A DNA stretch of 64,000 bases from Oopsacas minuta (taxonomy: Eukaryota > Animalia > Porifera): the NCBI GenBank assembly GCA_024704765.1, contig JAKMXF010000332.1:900060-964059 (forward strand), read 5' to 3'. The position numbers and the translations under genes were made by a program. This document shows positions 13,340 through 25,899 of this stretch, piece after piece. Below the pieces are notes generated by a model. The model was not told where the DNA came from. It ran no database searches and worked only from the letters and a program-made list of their open reading frames with translations. The first letter of the stretch is position 1, and every line of letters begins with the position of its first letter.

Positions 13340-13564
13340 ATGGAATTTAGTAAGGATACTTCCTTTCGATCTGTATTTGTTTCAAATATTCCTTATGAAG
13401 TTAACGATGATAAATTAAAGGAAATTCTGGGTGAGGTTGGCCATATTGTTAGTTTTAGGATGATTATGGATTCAGAAACCTCTAAGCCCAAAGGATTCGC
13501 ATTTTGCGAATTTGAAGATTCAGGAATTGCTAATTCTGCAATAAGAAATTTGAATGGTCGTGAG
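13340..13564 (+). CDS. CSTF2: Cleavage stimulation factor 64-kDa subunit, coding exon 1 (RRM)
   Basis: RSVFVSNIPY...SFRMIMDSETSKPKGFAFCEF...AIRNLNGRE matches the CstF-64 RRM. Phase-0 donor GAG|GTGAAA at 13564/13565. Confidence 0.93.
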
Positions 13565-13999
13565 GTGAAATTACATGTTTATTTTTATCTTCATTGACCT
13601 ACATTTATGTACTCTTTGTTTTTGAATGGTTATATTCTTCATTTCACAAATGTTTTGCACATGCATCTTTCTATATTGCTATTTGGACTGCACTAGAACT
13701 CGAATATGAAATACGGACCTCCTTGGGAACAATATGAGTGCATATAATCCGAATGGGGATTACATTTTATTTATTGGTAACTAATCTTTGGGATTTAAGA
13801 AGTATCAAATTGATTCAGATATTAGCCTACAGCCTAAAAGTCTTTAGGCCATTTCCTTCTTTTGGCAGGGGGGTTTCGGTAGTAAGGGAGGAGCACTACT
13901 GCCAATTCAGTGGTTATTCCAGTTGGCCACTAAACTCACCCACCCCACTTTTACTTCTAGGACACCGTGGTTCGACCAAAATTTTCATATTATTGTAAT

Positions 14000-14484
14000 C
14001 AGTGGCGTAGCCAGCCCAACATGATTGCCCGGGCACTATACTCAACATAAAGTGCTTTTTATTGGGCCTTGGGATTATTATATCAGTAACTACTAATTTC
14101 CAACCAATAATCAATTATATACGTCACTGTGTATTACAATGAAACACATACATCTATTTATGCTAAAATTATTCTCCTATTTTTATGTAATTCACCGAAT
14201 TTAGTAATGACATCAAGTTAGCTTTATTCTCTTGTAAGTGGCAAACAAAGTTAGCTGCGAGCTGTTGGTAATGTCAAATTTTCGAGACATATATGCTAAT
14301 TACTAAATATAATAAATCGTAGAATAGTAAATTAGGTAAAAAAGTAAGAGGAATTGATATATGTAATATAACAATTAATAGGGATGAACTGATGTGAGTG
14401 TACATACATAATATTTATTGCCTGGGCACAGAGAGAAGTTGCCCGGGCACAGGTCCGGCAGGCCCGTGCTTAGCTACGCCACTG
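14000..14484. mobile_element. Non-autonomous hAT (Tip100-like) element in the CSTF2 intron
   Basis: Perfect 12-bp TIR CAGTGGCGTAGC, subterminal TTGCCCGGGCAC at both ends, perfect 8-bp TSD ATTGTAAT (13992-13999, 14485-14492). Confidence 0.95.
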
Positions 14485-15989
14485 ATTGTAATCTCATTTG
14501 TAATTCAATGTGAAGTAGACACCTGAATACGTTTTTCCATTTCAATTATTATCATGGAATGTTATTTGATTGTGATACGAAACTTTACAAGATAGTGCCT
14601 TTTGTAAGCCTACTAAATGATATCATATTTCAGTTATGTTCGTTGGCATCAGATTTTCTCTAGTTGTATAATCAATATTGGAGATATTATTTAGATAAAT
14701 GTTTTCTCTACTTTTTAATGGAATACAGTAAAGGAGGCTAATCGCAGTCAATTTTCTGTTAAGCTCATGTTCTCATTCTGTCTTCTCTGAGATTTTCTTC
14801 CTGTCCATCTCAGTTTCTTTGATACCGCAATTCATGTTCGTTAGGTTCGTGTAATTATACTAGTTACATTTGAGAGCTTATTCATATATAATCGAATATT
14901 TTTATTCCAGATTGCCACGGGTTGATCCCAGTACCCGATTAACCATATGGTGTAGGAGGCATATGCAGCCCTCTCCGATTGTTTAGTATTTGCTCTTCAC
15001 TTTATTTTAGAAAGTGTTGGTCTCCAGAAAGCGCAAATCAAGTAAAAATTGAAATATTATTGTGCTCGCGATTCTCTCATCTCTACCTAAATACATGTTA
15101 TATTACCTTAATCTCAGGGATATACATTGTCTTAATCTACCCTTAGGAATTGTGTGAGTTCTAACCCTAGATGGTATTTACAAATATTATGACCAAGATA
15201 AGAGATTGTCACCCGTTTCGTAAGCAAATGCTTGTGAAACGTTTGTGTAAGTTATTAGTTGAAATAACCTACTGTCTTTCTCTGAATAACGCCCCGTCCA
15301 CTTGTTCTTTCCTTGTCATATTTTCGTATAATTTTTTCAATCTCTGAAAATACAAATGATTTTTTGGAATTGGATAATTATAATTTGTTGCCTACTGCAT
15401 TATCGAATTAGGCGTGAGTTTCATCAATAACTCGTTGGTGATAATTTTATTCACAAATATTGGAACCTTCAGTAGCCTCCTTAGCCTTATTCGAAATACT
15501 GTATACGTAGCTAATTGAAATTTATTTGAATATTACTTTTTGCGGATGTATACAAATTATTCATACACACAATGAGGTATTTGTAAGACAATCCAAAATT
15601 TTCTGAGCAAAATGAGTACTGCACATGTAGAGTGAAAAAATAACTAGATTCGGTGTTACTTGAGAGTAGAAGCGATTTATTACTTTATATTTTGAACAAT
15701 GGGGCCTGTTGCCATTGGCACCAAGTTTTAGGAGACGAAATCAGATCTGGGGGGAGTCCACCAAGGGAATTTGCTACAACTTCTATGTAAACTTCACAAT
15801 AATACGATCTTCACCACTACGCTTGGGGGTCCAGCCCCCTGCTGAATACTTATCCACGACAAACAATTCTTGGATCCTCCACTTAACGTGCCCCACGCTG
15901 AAAATATGCCTGTGTCTCCCCTCAACTTTTTCCAGCCCTAGTTGGCCCTAATGTAACTTTTGACTCATTTAAGTATCCCGGTTTCAATT

Positions 15990-16454
15990 TGAATTGCTTA
16001 TTTTATTCACCGACATCATTCCATGTATATATGCACTAATGTCGAACAAGCTTCAATCTACCTACTATGAACTACTCAAAAAATTACGAGAGATTGTACC
16101 TGAATATGATCCGTCATCCCTTATGGTAGATTTTGATAATGCTTTAATCAATGCCCTAGTAGGAAATTTCTTAGCTATCTGGGTGTTTTTTTTCATTTGT
16201 CGCAGTTCATTTACCCTCAGATACAGTCGAGAGGGTTGGTTACACTACATGTCGAAGATGAGATATTTGCAATAATAATGATGTTAGCAAGTCTAACTTT
16301 AGTGCAGGAATATGATGTCATTGATTGCTTCACAATATTGATGGATGATTTTCTGGGATCAAGTATAGAAATAGCTGAATATTTTAAGTTAATTGTATCG
16401 GAATGAGATTTGTAGGTCAAAGCAGACGAATGGACCCTTTCCAATTCGAATTTG

Positions 16455-16490
<36 letters not shown>

Positions 16491-16790
16491 TGGCAATATC
16501 CAGATTACTCCAAACGAACAATTCAATCGAAGTAAGGCATAATGCCTTTAAATCATGAATCACTCGTTCACACCCAAGTTTTATGCTGCTCTTAATGCAT
16601 TTTCAATCTTATCAATTTCTACGGAAGGCAAATCTAGTTAGATTTGAGACTGGAGAAGTGTCAAGGACTTCAAAGCACAGCGAATTAATAAATCTCAGAA
16701 TCTTGAGACTATTTGAAGACTACAACAATAGAGGGATTCTAACTTATCTAAGGGGAAGCCGCATCACTTTGAGGCCGTTTAACTGACGAC
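15990..16790 (+). pseudogene. Mutator-like (MULE) transposase relic
   Basis: ...ALMSNKLQSTYYELL...PSSLMVDFDNALINAL... followed by GCFFHLSQ-like and RTNNxxExxHN-like motifs in shifted frames. Confidence 0.75.
16457..16489. repeat. (AT)16 microsatellite
   Basis: Uninterrupted AT dinucleotide run. Confidence 0.95.
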
Positions 16791-18491
16791 TTCAGATGAT
16801 ATTGTAATCGTCAGTGGGCATGTCAGGAATCCAATCACTCCTACACTGTGAGATCATCGCCTGGTGTTTATCCGTAATACTATCGAGAATGCGTAGAATT
16901 ACAAAGGCTTCATTCAAAGTAGTTACTTCGTAACCACTTCCACTACTAACATGGTCTCTGCTTTTCGCCGATTAACAATTTCAGATAACATCCCAATTTC
17001 GAGCTTCTTTCCGTTTCCACGGAAACTAGAGATGCGGTCTCTGCACGAAATAGCTTCTCTCATCCTTCGATTACTTGTCCCTTTACCAGTGGAGGAACAT
17101 CGAAATGTCCAAACCTATCTGCCATACCCCAAGGTGATTATTAGAACAAATCGCGAACAAAAGGGATAGATTCAACTTATATTCAGTAGTTTAGGATAAA
17201 CTGGTAGTTAAATCGAAACGTTAAGATTTTGATCAATAATCTCCAGAATACCTGATCTCTTTGAATTGTTTTTGAGTTCTCGCAATTTACAAAGTCCATT
17301 CACTACGATCTACCAATTCTAATTAGTGCTCGATTCCGTAAACACTATGTGACAGAACCACTGTGCTGAAGAAACTGTCCTAACCCAGATTTCAGATAGC
17401 CTATATTATTCTCATTATTTAGTTATTTTCATTGTTTACTGATTAACTCATTCAATTAATATTTAAGCGAAATACATAGAATTGATAGATACATTCAGGG
17501 ATGCAGAATCAATTTGGTAATTTGTAAGGCCATTTCGCCCGATTTGGGGCAATTTGGGATTAATTGGAAATCATGGTTATCGAATAAATATTGGTAGTGC
17601 CCTGTACCATACCAACCCTACGAGTGCCTGCGCTTATCGATATATGTGTGCAGGACCAGAAACCACCGCTTTTCCCGAAGCTAGCTAAAGCAAGGCAATG
17701 AGGCTCAAATACACGAGTTCAAGCATCATCCCACATAGTGGATACATTTCTATATTCCGACTATCACGGATAACGTACTCTAAATGTGTTATTCGTCATC
17801 TATTATGTTTAAACCATCTAATCAGCCACTTTCAAGTAAATTTGAATTTTATAACAACTATATAAAGTTCGTTGTGGGTATAGACAGCTTTAACTGGGTG
17901 CACCCCGCGCACCTAGGGGTACGGAAATCTGACCTTTATCAAGTTGTATCTCCATGTTCTTAATACACTAGGGTGCGCGAAATGTAATCTATGATCACTT
18001 AGGATGCGCCGGTTACCTAAATCTAGATGAAGCCCTGATTAAAGAATAATCTTGAAAATGACGGGATATGGTATTATTGATGAATGTGTAATTTCATTTG
18101 GAGTAAGAATATCTAATTGTATTAACAGGGTACGGGAAGATGAGTGTATACTATATGTGTGCATGATGATTTGGCCATAACATTGATGTTTGTCGAGTTA
18201 TTGTTATTAGCTAAAATGAACCATCATGCTCACTGCTATAGCTCTTGGGTGTGCGAACTTTATCATGACAAAATTTTTATATTTGTATTAAAATGTCTCT
18301 ATCCAATAGTATAAAATTTGGAGTCATTAGTCTATACACTTTCTCTTCCTACTTTTAAACTTGTTCCAATTCTTTGTCATAATTGTTCGGTCAGTAATCG
18401 GATAACCTTTATCCCTTTACTACAAAAATTTAGTATGATGTAGAACGATTCTCTGATAGAAATGGCATTATCTTGTTGCTCAATTGGTATA

Positions 18492-18728
18492 CCGTAAACT
18501 GGGACTACTTTGGCCCACTAGAGTTTGCTTTAGCCCAAATATTGAAATTTCCTTACGTATGGAATAGATATTGTATTTGTATTCGAAATTGTCTACCGAT
18601 ATTTGAAAATTCGTTAAAAATTTGGGAAGTGATATTCAAGTATAATACTGAATCTAATCTAGTTGCGATGAAACTTTGATATTTGGGCTAAAGTAAACCC
18701 AGTGGGCCAAAGTAGCCCCAGACTATGG
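18492..18728. mobile_element. Tc1/pogo-type MITE with ~60-bp TIRs
   Basis: CCGTAAACTGGGACTACTTTGGCCCACT...TTTAGCCCAAATAT is mirrored at the right end; TA on both sides. Confidence 0.8.
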
Positions 18729-20839
18729 TATATATTCTGATATTGTACACTATTTGATAACGTGCGTACAACGTCAATTATTGCCTGTAGAATTCCGTTA
18801 TCATTTTATTTGATCCTCAACTACAATTAACTATTGCGGTTACTTCAATTTGGGAACTTGCAAAACTGTGAGATTCGTGAGAAATCTGGCCTCTCTATCG
18901 CGAGATCAGTGATGTCAATCTAATCCAATTGGTCCAATATTTAGCAATCGATAATTCAACTGAATTCGACATTCAACCATCATCGGTGAATTTACTTTTC
19001 GTCAATTTTACCTAGTTTCTTGCATGCAGGGATGCCAAGATTTGTCAGGTTATTTCCTGTTCTAAAAGATAAGCGATCGGGATGCAAAGTACGAATAATT
19101 ATTATCACAGCATTCAACATACTATGGTCATCTTTGAAGGCTAAAAACTTTGGATGACGAGCTGGTTAATTCGATAGTACAAAATTCACATAGGAAATTC
19201 TATTATTTGCGATATTATTAACATTGTACATTTGACAATAATAAATAGATGTTTGATATTTGTTGATACACACAATCTAGATCTACTGAGTATTTCCGGT
19301 CAAAATTGAGGTCATCTGATTGCTTAGGTTGAAATTTTCTTAAAGAAATGCTCCAATTTTGTATCATTGTAATGAGTTACAATAGAACCCGGTTTGTACG
19401 TACTCGGCTTAAGGGGTGCTTTTGTTTAAATAGGATGCTCAATTCTTATGTACTAAATTTTGTTTCCCGAGGGGTACCTCTCATCCAATTTCTACCGTGA
19501 TTAATAGATTTACGATTGTACAATGCGTTCTAAGGATGCAGCGTATCATACAGAGGAGTGAGGCCTGCAAATTCTCCCACCAAGCATATGATATGGTCAA
19601 ATTAATCAATTAATTGAGCATACTTAAGTTGTATCTATTCTCTTGAATTTGAATTTTAACTTGTTTTTGCCTGATTATGTTGCCATGGCAGGCTAGCATT
19701 CCATCATAACTTAATCGGGTAAAACCTCATTTAACCTCTCATTTAACCGAATGTGGCCTTGAAATGTGTAATTTTATGACGTCAACAAGTTGCTAAATAT
19801 CTTTTTGTTTGCGGGAATTGGTTTAAATGATGTGGGAAAATTGTGTGTTCATTTCATTACGAACGTAACTCTTCGGCTGAAATCGGTTAACTTCAGATTT
19901 ATTCTCATTGTGTACTAATGCGAGATCATCAGTTACTGTCAAATGTAGGCTATATTTTTTATAATTAAGGTACCATGGTGTATTGTTATAATTTACTTTT
20001 CAAAGAATGCCAAATCTGATTGTTAACTCTAGCCGAATTTTTATCACGTGGTTGATAATACTTTGGTAGGTGGCATATTTATCTTTTATAATTTCTTTAA
20101 ACTATTTGAATTCTCTTCGAGTATACCCCTTGAATATCGTCTAGCGTGCTACTGTCATCGAGTTACCATTTTGCTTCCCTACCAGCTCAAAATTTCGGAA
20201 TGATATCTTGCCATAGGACGATTTTGACAAATTCGCCAGTAATTGCTAACCTCAATTTTCCGACCAAATAATGCTACAGACATATAATTTCTACCCAACT
20301 TCCCGTACCTCGATAATACATTTTGATATGATGTTTCGTATTCCGTATAAAAATTTGTCATCAGGGTATGCCGTGTTAAGTTAAATTTATTTACCTGTAA
20401 AATTATATGGCCACAGCATTGAATGTCGGCAAGTTAATTTGTAGTAAGTATTGGCTACAATACTTCAGACATGTTTACTCCTCACATTATAGAACGAGTG
20501 CACGTAATCATGATAATTCTTTGTTATTTTATGCAACAACATCCTTAGGGATTCAATAAATGTATTAATTAGCCTATTACAGAGTTTCAAATTTCTTATT
20601 TCTTTAAAATATTTGACAAGCAAGCAATCACATGTAGAATTATACAATAGCAAAGTGTTATGATATTATTCATCATGATCCATCCGAATTACTTATGACT
20701 TGCTGTGGTGACATTTGGGCTTTTTACGTGGCTCTTTGTCATTGATCTCGGCACTTGTTTCCTTAAGTAAGAATTTCTCAAGGTTTTCAATTTTGCACAG
20801 TCATTCAGACGTAATAATTCCATTATGAGTATGAATCGT

Positions 20840-21400
20840 GTGAGAATTTTACGTCAGGATTTGGATTATATTTTGGGATCCTTTTGATTCAAATTTCAAC
20901 AATTCTAACATATATATTTGCTGAGCAGTGGTTCTCTTTTCGATAAAGCATAAGGTGACAATTACATCATAATTTCTTCGGTGTGAATTTTCGTCCAAGA
21001 CTCGAACTTCCCGAGCCAGGCCTAATATGCCCCCTCACTGCGACCCTATAAGCCTATCATGTTTTGTCAGATTATGGCCCCATGCAAATTGGATATCGAA
21101 TATGTTTTTCTTTGTGGATTTAAATTTGAATATTCTCAAAATATATCTCTTCAGAAAAAATGTAATTTCTAGATTCACCCAGAAATCGATTTCTATATTA
21201 TTCCATTGAATTCAAAGTTTTAAGATACGTGTTCTGAAACCCGATTTCTATGGGGCCATATATCTCCACCATAGTCGAAGATAGTGAAGCCCTGCCCTGT
21301 ATGCCAAAATCAGCCTTGGGTGTCCTCCAGTTTCTTCAATCAATTCTTGACATACAAAGATAAATATGCACATATACACATATACAGATTATTAGTACTT
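20840..21400 (+). repeat. Dispersed repeat (possibly non-autonomous Helitron/HINE-like), also at ~45010-45200 (+) and ~46015-46320 (-)
   Basis: Shared blocks GGTGACAAT...GGTGTGA(A/T)TTT.C.TCCAA.A.TCGAACTT and ATGCCAAAA(A)TCAGCCTTGGG...TCAATTCT.GACATACAAA followed by ACATAC/AT-rich tails. The class assignment is inference. Confidence 0.55.
21073..21260. mobile_element. Small MITE-like insertion with TATGGCCCCAT ends
   Basis: 11-bp perfect inverted ends; it interrupts the dispersed repeat relative to the 46-kb copy. No clear TSD. Confidence 0.5.
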
Positions 21401-21689
21401 GGCTACATTTACGAGCTGACACAAGTTTACAGACTAGTCAATGGAAGCGTAGGCATGTAACAAACTCCTATCAGACTCCTAAACATCAGCTGGTTAATTA
21501 AAGGATAGCAGAATTATTTCGGGAAATACGGGAATAATCATAATTGATTGGTTACCTAACAATGTAGAACTAATAGTGAGTACTATGTTCAAGTTCTGAA
21601 CAACTTGTGTAAAGCTATTAAGTCTAAGAGGCTTAGCAAGTTGAGTTCTCATGTTTGCTTCAGGATGATATTGTATCAACTCATACTAA

Positions 21690-22725
21690 CACAGTGGGTT
21701 ATTTGAGTATTTATTTTCATTAGTCTATAACTTCAATAATCTTCATCCTTTTCCCCTAATTTTTGGCTACTGGGGTTTAACTAATGACAATTTTTGTGTC
21801 ATTTCAGATTTTGAGGATGAGTTAGCATTTGATAATTATGTGTCATATTTACTTTCCAAAAATTTTCAAATTTATTTCGTTTCTTATTATTCTTTACTAT
21901 ATATGATATTCTTTATAGTATCTTTTTTCAATAACAATCACTAGTAACTAGGCCAAGCATTAGTTACGGTGGAATGGCACCCTAATCTTGTTTGAAGCAT
22001 AATCTTGTGATTCGGATATGTTGTATAGGAATGTGATATTATGTTAACTACAAAAATACATATGTATTTCACATAATTATTGTCATACAAAGCTGTAAAA
22101 TGTCACTTACACTTCATGAAGTAAATGAAATATTTCTGGATACTAAAGAGGGCCATCGAAATGCTAAAGTAGATGTCAGTTTGGCAAGTAGCATAATTGG
22201 AGAAAGACTTGGAATCGACTCACAATTTCCAACGTTCTCAAAAGATGTGAAGAACCTCCATTTGAGGTGAACTCAATGTTAGATGGTAAAATGTGTGCCA
22301 TATTTACTGGTCGCGGTGGCTCTGCTTGTCAGTGTTGCTTCGCAGGTCAAACTGATGTATCAGACCCTGAAGTTGTAATAGGAGGCTTTCCGATTAATTC
22401 CACGTTGCAAGCGATCAAAGATACTATCATAGAGCTAACTTCTGGTGGAAAGGAGCTTACAGTTTTTCCTTCCCAACAACGAGCTGGAATCACTCATTAA
22501 CCTGCAAGTTCGATTGCAATCCTTCCTATTGCACCCCTACAATTACACTTACGTATACTTGATTGGTTCCTGAAAATATTATACCGGATAGCAGCGGGAG
22601 AACATAACTGGGCTGATTATGTAAATATTAAGACCAGCCATAAACTGATTACACAACGGATTATAGAAGTTACGAATATTCAGTTCGACCAACCTGGAGG
22701 ATGTGGGAACACTATCACTGGTAAT
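21690..22725 (+). mobile_element. Truncated Transib/RAG1-like element (left end plus core fragment) in the CSTF2 intron
   Basis: End CACAGTGGGTTA at 21690. 22267-22725 translates NSMLDGKMCAIFTGRGGSACQCC...GFPIN...RAGITH*P...APLQLHLRILDWFL...FDQPGGCGNTITGN, colinear with the element at 31899-35241. Confidence 0.72.
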
Positions 22726-23398
22726 TCAGTGATAGTACCAGTGATAGTCCGGAACGTTTCAACATAATAAATCTAAATTGAATACTTTGTACAAACTCGA
22801 TTACTTGAAATAAATAGTCACACATTCCTGAATTTGAACCTGGATTAATTGTTGATAATATATTGTTCTACAAATATGTAATACATTTTTCGGGTAAAAT
22901 GTACCAATTCTGCGATATGGATCTACACTAGATTATTATCCTCTCCGACCGCATCCTGGTCCAAAATTCACAAGAAGTTGGCAGGCCTTATAGTACAGTG
23001 GACAATGATCAGAGCTCTAAATATGTGAGATTTCCAAATCAACATATTCCCTTTATTTACCGTAGAAATTCTATAAATTATGCAATTATTGCTATTTACT
23101 AAACGCTGCAAGCAAATAGCAATAATAGCATCATTGATAGAATTTCTCCTGTTAATTGGAAACCCAGTCAGCACTAAATCATGGACGTCACCACGGGGGG
23201 GTAATGCCTCCCTGGGAATTACTTTGTCCCCCTAGATGAAAGTCTTGGCTAAGTCCCTAAACTAAATTAAACTATGTTTTACCTTATATTTCGAATAACA
23301 ATTTGTTAGAATTTATTTCAATAGAATAGCTATTTATGTGATCAAATCAAATCCGATCATTTGAAAATGATTTGACATAACCACAATCTTAACATGAA

Positions 23399-23464
23399 CT
23401 GCGGGCCAGATTATCTCACCTTGTGGACCAGATCTGGCACGCGGGCTGGGGTTGCCGACCCTTG
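23399..23464 (-). mobile_element. Isolated hAT-Charlie-like terminus
   Basis: Minus strand CAAGGGTCGGCAACCCCAGCCCGCGTGCCAGATCTGG with GCGGGCC subterminal motifs; a related end lies at ~40537-40570. Confidence 0.5.
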
Positions 23465-24108
23465 CTGTAGATCTTATTACTTATACGTATATAGATTGTT
23501 GTATGTGTAGCTTGAATTACTAAATTTTCCTTTGAATAATCATTGAAGTAATCAGAACTTTAGAAAAACTTCACTCTTAAGAGAAAATTCAAAATCTATT
23601 GGAGTATCATTTTAGAACTTTAATTGTATCCAAATCCCATCCCCCTCTACTATTCTCATATTTTTTTGTCATAACAATATCGATTTGCTTCTCTTCGAAA
23701 CCACTGGGGCATCACTATCATCCCTCTCGAGTCAAATTTTTTGAAATTCTCTTACTTCAAAGTAGCACAATTTCGTATAACCGTTCTTGCTGTTCTTTAA
23801 TCAAATATTCTGCTTCATAGAGTGAAATATTTTCTAAATTTTTTAGAATATGTATTACTTACTTGCGTACTGACTCATTTTTGTTTATTGATCACTATTG
23901 AACATAATTATATATTCTTGCTCTCCCGCTTAGTTTGGTAGTGCTCTGCTGTTGCATTATTCTCAACAATTCATTCCTTAGGGTTAGCATATTAATGAAA
24001 TAGTAGAATTTCTTATGTGCTAGATATAATTCTAAACTTAATGATCTCTTTATCTACCTTATATAATTTATATATTTACATGTATTTTATTCACTTTTCT
24101 TTTTATAG

Positions 24109-25398
24109 ATTTGTGGTCGTAATCTTCGAATTGCTCCCGCTTCGACTAAGGATGATCTAAAAACCGGAAAAATTAGCGGGTCAATTATGGGAATCGAATC
24201 AAATTTGTTTGGACCAGTGGTGCATCCAGAGAATGCACCCGAAGAGATCACAAAAGCAGTAGCATCCCTACCTCCGGAGCAAATGTTTGAACTTATGAAA
24301 CAGATGAAATTATTTATTATGCATCAACCTGAAGAAGCTAGACAGCTACTATTACACAATCCACAATTACCTTATGCTCTCCTTCAGGCTCAGGTTGTTA
24401 TGAGAATTGTGGATCCACGCCTCGCTCATGAATTTTTGCATAAGCCTAGTATTAATGTTCCAAATTATAGTGAAGGTAGTGAGAATATGTCTGCTGTTGA
24501 TATGAAAGACCTGGATCTCTATCACTCTGAATTTGGATTACTTACACAAAAAAATCTTCCAGATTCTCATTTTGAATATCGTCAACAAGGTTGTAGTCCA
24601 TTGGGCTCCTATTTGACAAATCCAGAATCTTTGCATATGTTGAAATCTACCCATTATCCCCTTCAAAAGGTTTCTGGTCCAGGTAATCCTATTTGTCCTG
24701 AAATTTCCATGCATCCTCATCAACGTACAGATGAAGTTCAAACTCACTTGACTCCACAAGACCCAAGGACAGTTCAGGAAATTAAGATTCCAAGTATTAT
24801 TTCTCAAGAAAGATCAGGTTATAATGTTATTAATCCCAATAGACAATCACATTCAATACATTCCAATCCAGAAACACTCGTCGGCATTCCTAGAACATCT
24901 ATGTACGCAGAACACTCAATGAGGTCAACATTTCATGATAATTTCGATTCTAACATGTCCTCAGATCTTAATACACATTCTTTACCGAGAACAGACTCTA
25001 CAAGTAACATTGTATTACCTATACCTAATAATCCTTATAAACAACATAGTTTACAACTCCCCGGAAATAGTTATGACCCACCTCATGATCCTCGTAGAGT
25101 GATTTCGCATGGTGATCCGCAAACTTCTGTTTCTGGCGTAGAGTTTCGACCTCCTATTGGTTTCCATGCTAATCAACATTTCAACATTTCAGATCTCAAA
25201 CCTGGTGCTGTTATAGCTGACAAGGGCACAAATATAAGTTCGATATCTCAGGAAGAAAAAACATCTTTGATACTACAGGTACTTGCGTTAACAGATGATC
25301 AAATAGCACAGCTAACTGTGGAACAGCGTCATAGTATAATCTTACTAAAGGAACAAATTGCAAAACAAACAGGTGCTGCCATTCAGGCAAGAACTTAA
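24109..25398 (+). CDS. CSTF2: CstF-64 coding exon 2 (end of RRM, hinge, low-complexity region, C-terminal domain)
   Basis: Acceptor TTTTCTTTTTATAG|ATT at 24108/24109 joins in frame (NGRE|ICGRNLRIAPAS). Hinge PEEITKAVASLPPEQMFELMKQMK...NPQLPYALLQAQVVMRIVD; C-terminal EKTSLILQVLALTDDQIAQL...SIILLKEQI. Spliced product is 504 aa. Confidence 0.95.
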   Translation: MCGRNLRIAPASTKDDLKTGKISGSIMGIESNLFGPVVHPENAPEEITKAVASLPPEQMFELMKQMKLFIMHQPEEARQLLLHNPQLPYALLQAQVVMRIVDPRLAHEFLHKPSINVPNYSEGSENMSAVDMKDLDLYHSEFGLLTQKNLPDSHFEYRQQGCSPLGSYLTNPESLHMLKSTHYPLQKVSGPGNPICPEISMHPHQRTDEVQTHLTPQDPRTVQEIKIPSIISQERSGYNVINPNRQSHSIHSNPETLVGIPRTSMYAEHSMRSTFHDNFDSNMSSDLNTHSLPRTDSTSNIVLPIPNNPYKQHSLQLPGNSYDPPHDPRRVISHGDPQTSVSGVEFRPPIGFHANQHFNISDLKPGAVIADKGTNISSISQEEKTSLILQVLALTDDQIAQLTVEQRHSIILLKEQIAKQTGAAIQART

Positions 25399-25899
25399 CT
25401 ATTTCTGACATAAAATTCCTATCTTAAATTTATTTACTTTTTTGGATAATTTTGTTGAAATGTATTCTGCAATTTCACTTACTTGATATTCGTAAAGGCA
25501 TAGCCTACTACACATAAGGCCTAACAATAAATAGTGGATTTTTGACAAGCTACCTGATGGAACAAATTGTATTTGATTTCTATATTGCAGATACGGTTCA
25601 TCTTTTCCCGATTATATACTTTATAGATTGTAGAATAACAAAGGGTCAAGCGTTATATGATGGAAAAATATCAGGAATGTGTCAAAATATTTGTTTTGTA
25701 TGCTAAAATATGCTATTTTGGTGCCTCGTAGAAAAGTTTAAATATTTTATCTTACATTTCAAGGTGAATATATGAGATGATATGTAGATACTTATGTAAA
25801 ACAGATTACTTATATGGAGCTGAATCCCCAGTAACTGAAATATTTAAAATAGCAATTTTACATACACTAGAACTCTGTTGTGACCTACTCCACTTAAGA

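Noticed and set aside
16800-17170. Possible Gypsy gag-like fragment on the minus strand (MADRFGHFDVPPLVKGQ...DWIPDMPTDD)
   Set aside because: Only a vague resemblance, with stops and no pol, LTR or PBS identified.
17359-17365. Other isolated CACTGTG/CACAGTG heptamers (also 59144-59150 and its palindromic mirror, and ~63885)
   Set aside because: A 7-mer is expected several times by chance; there is no extended TIR match, pairing or TSD.
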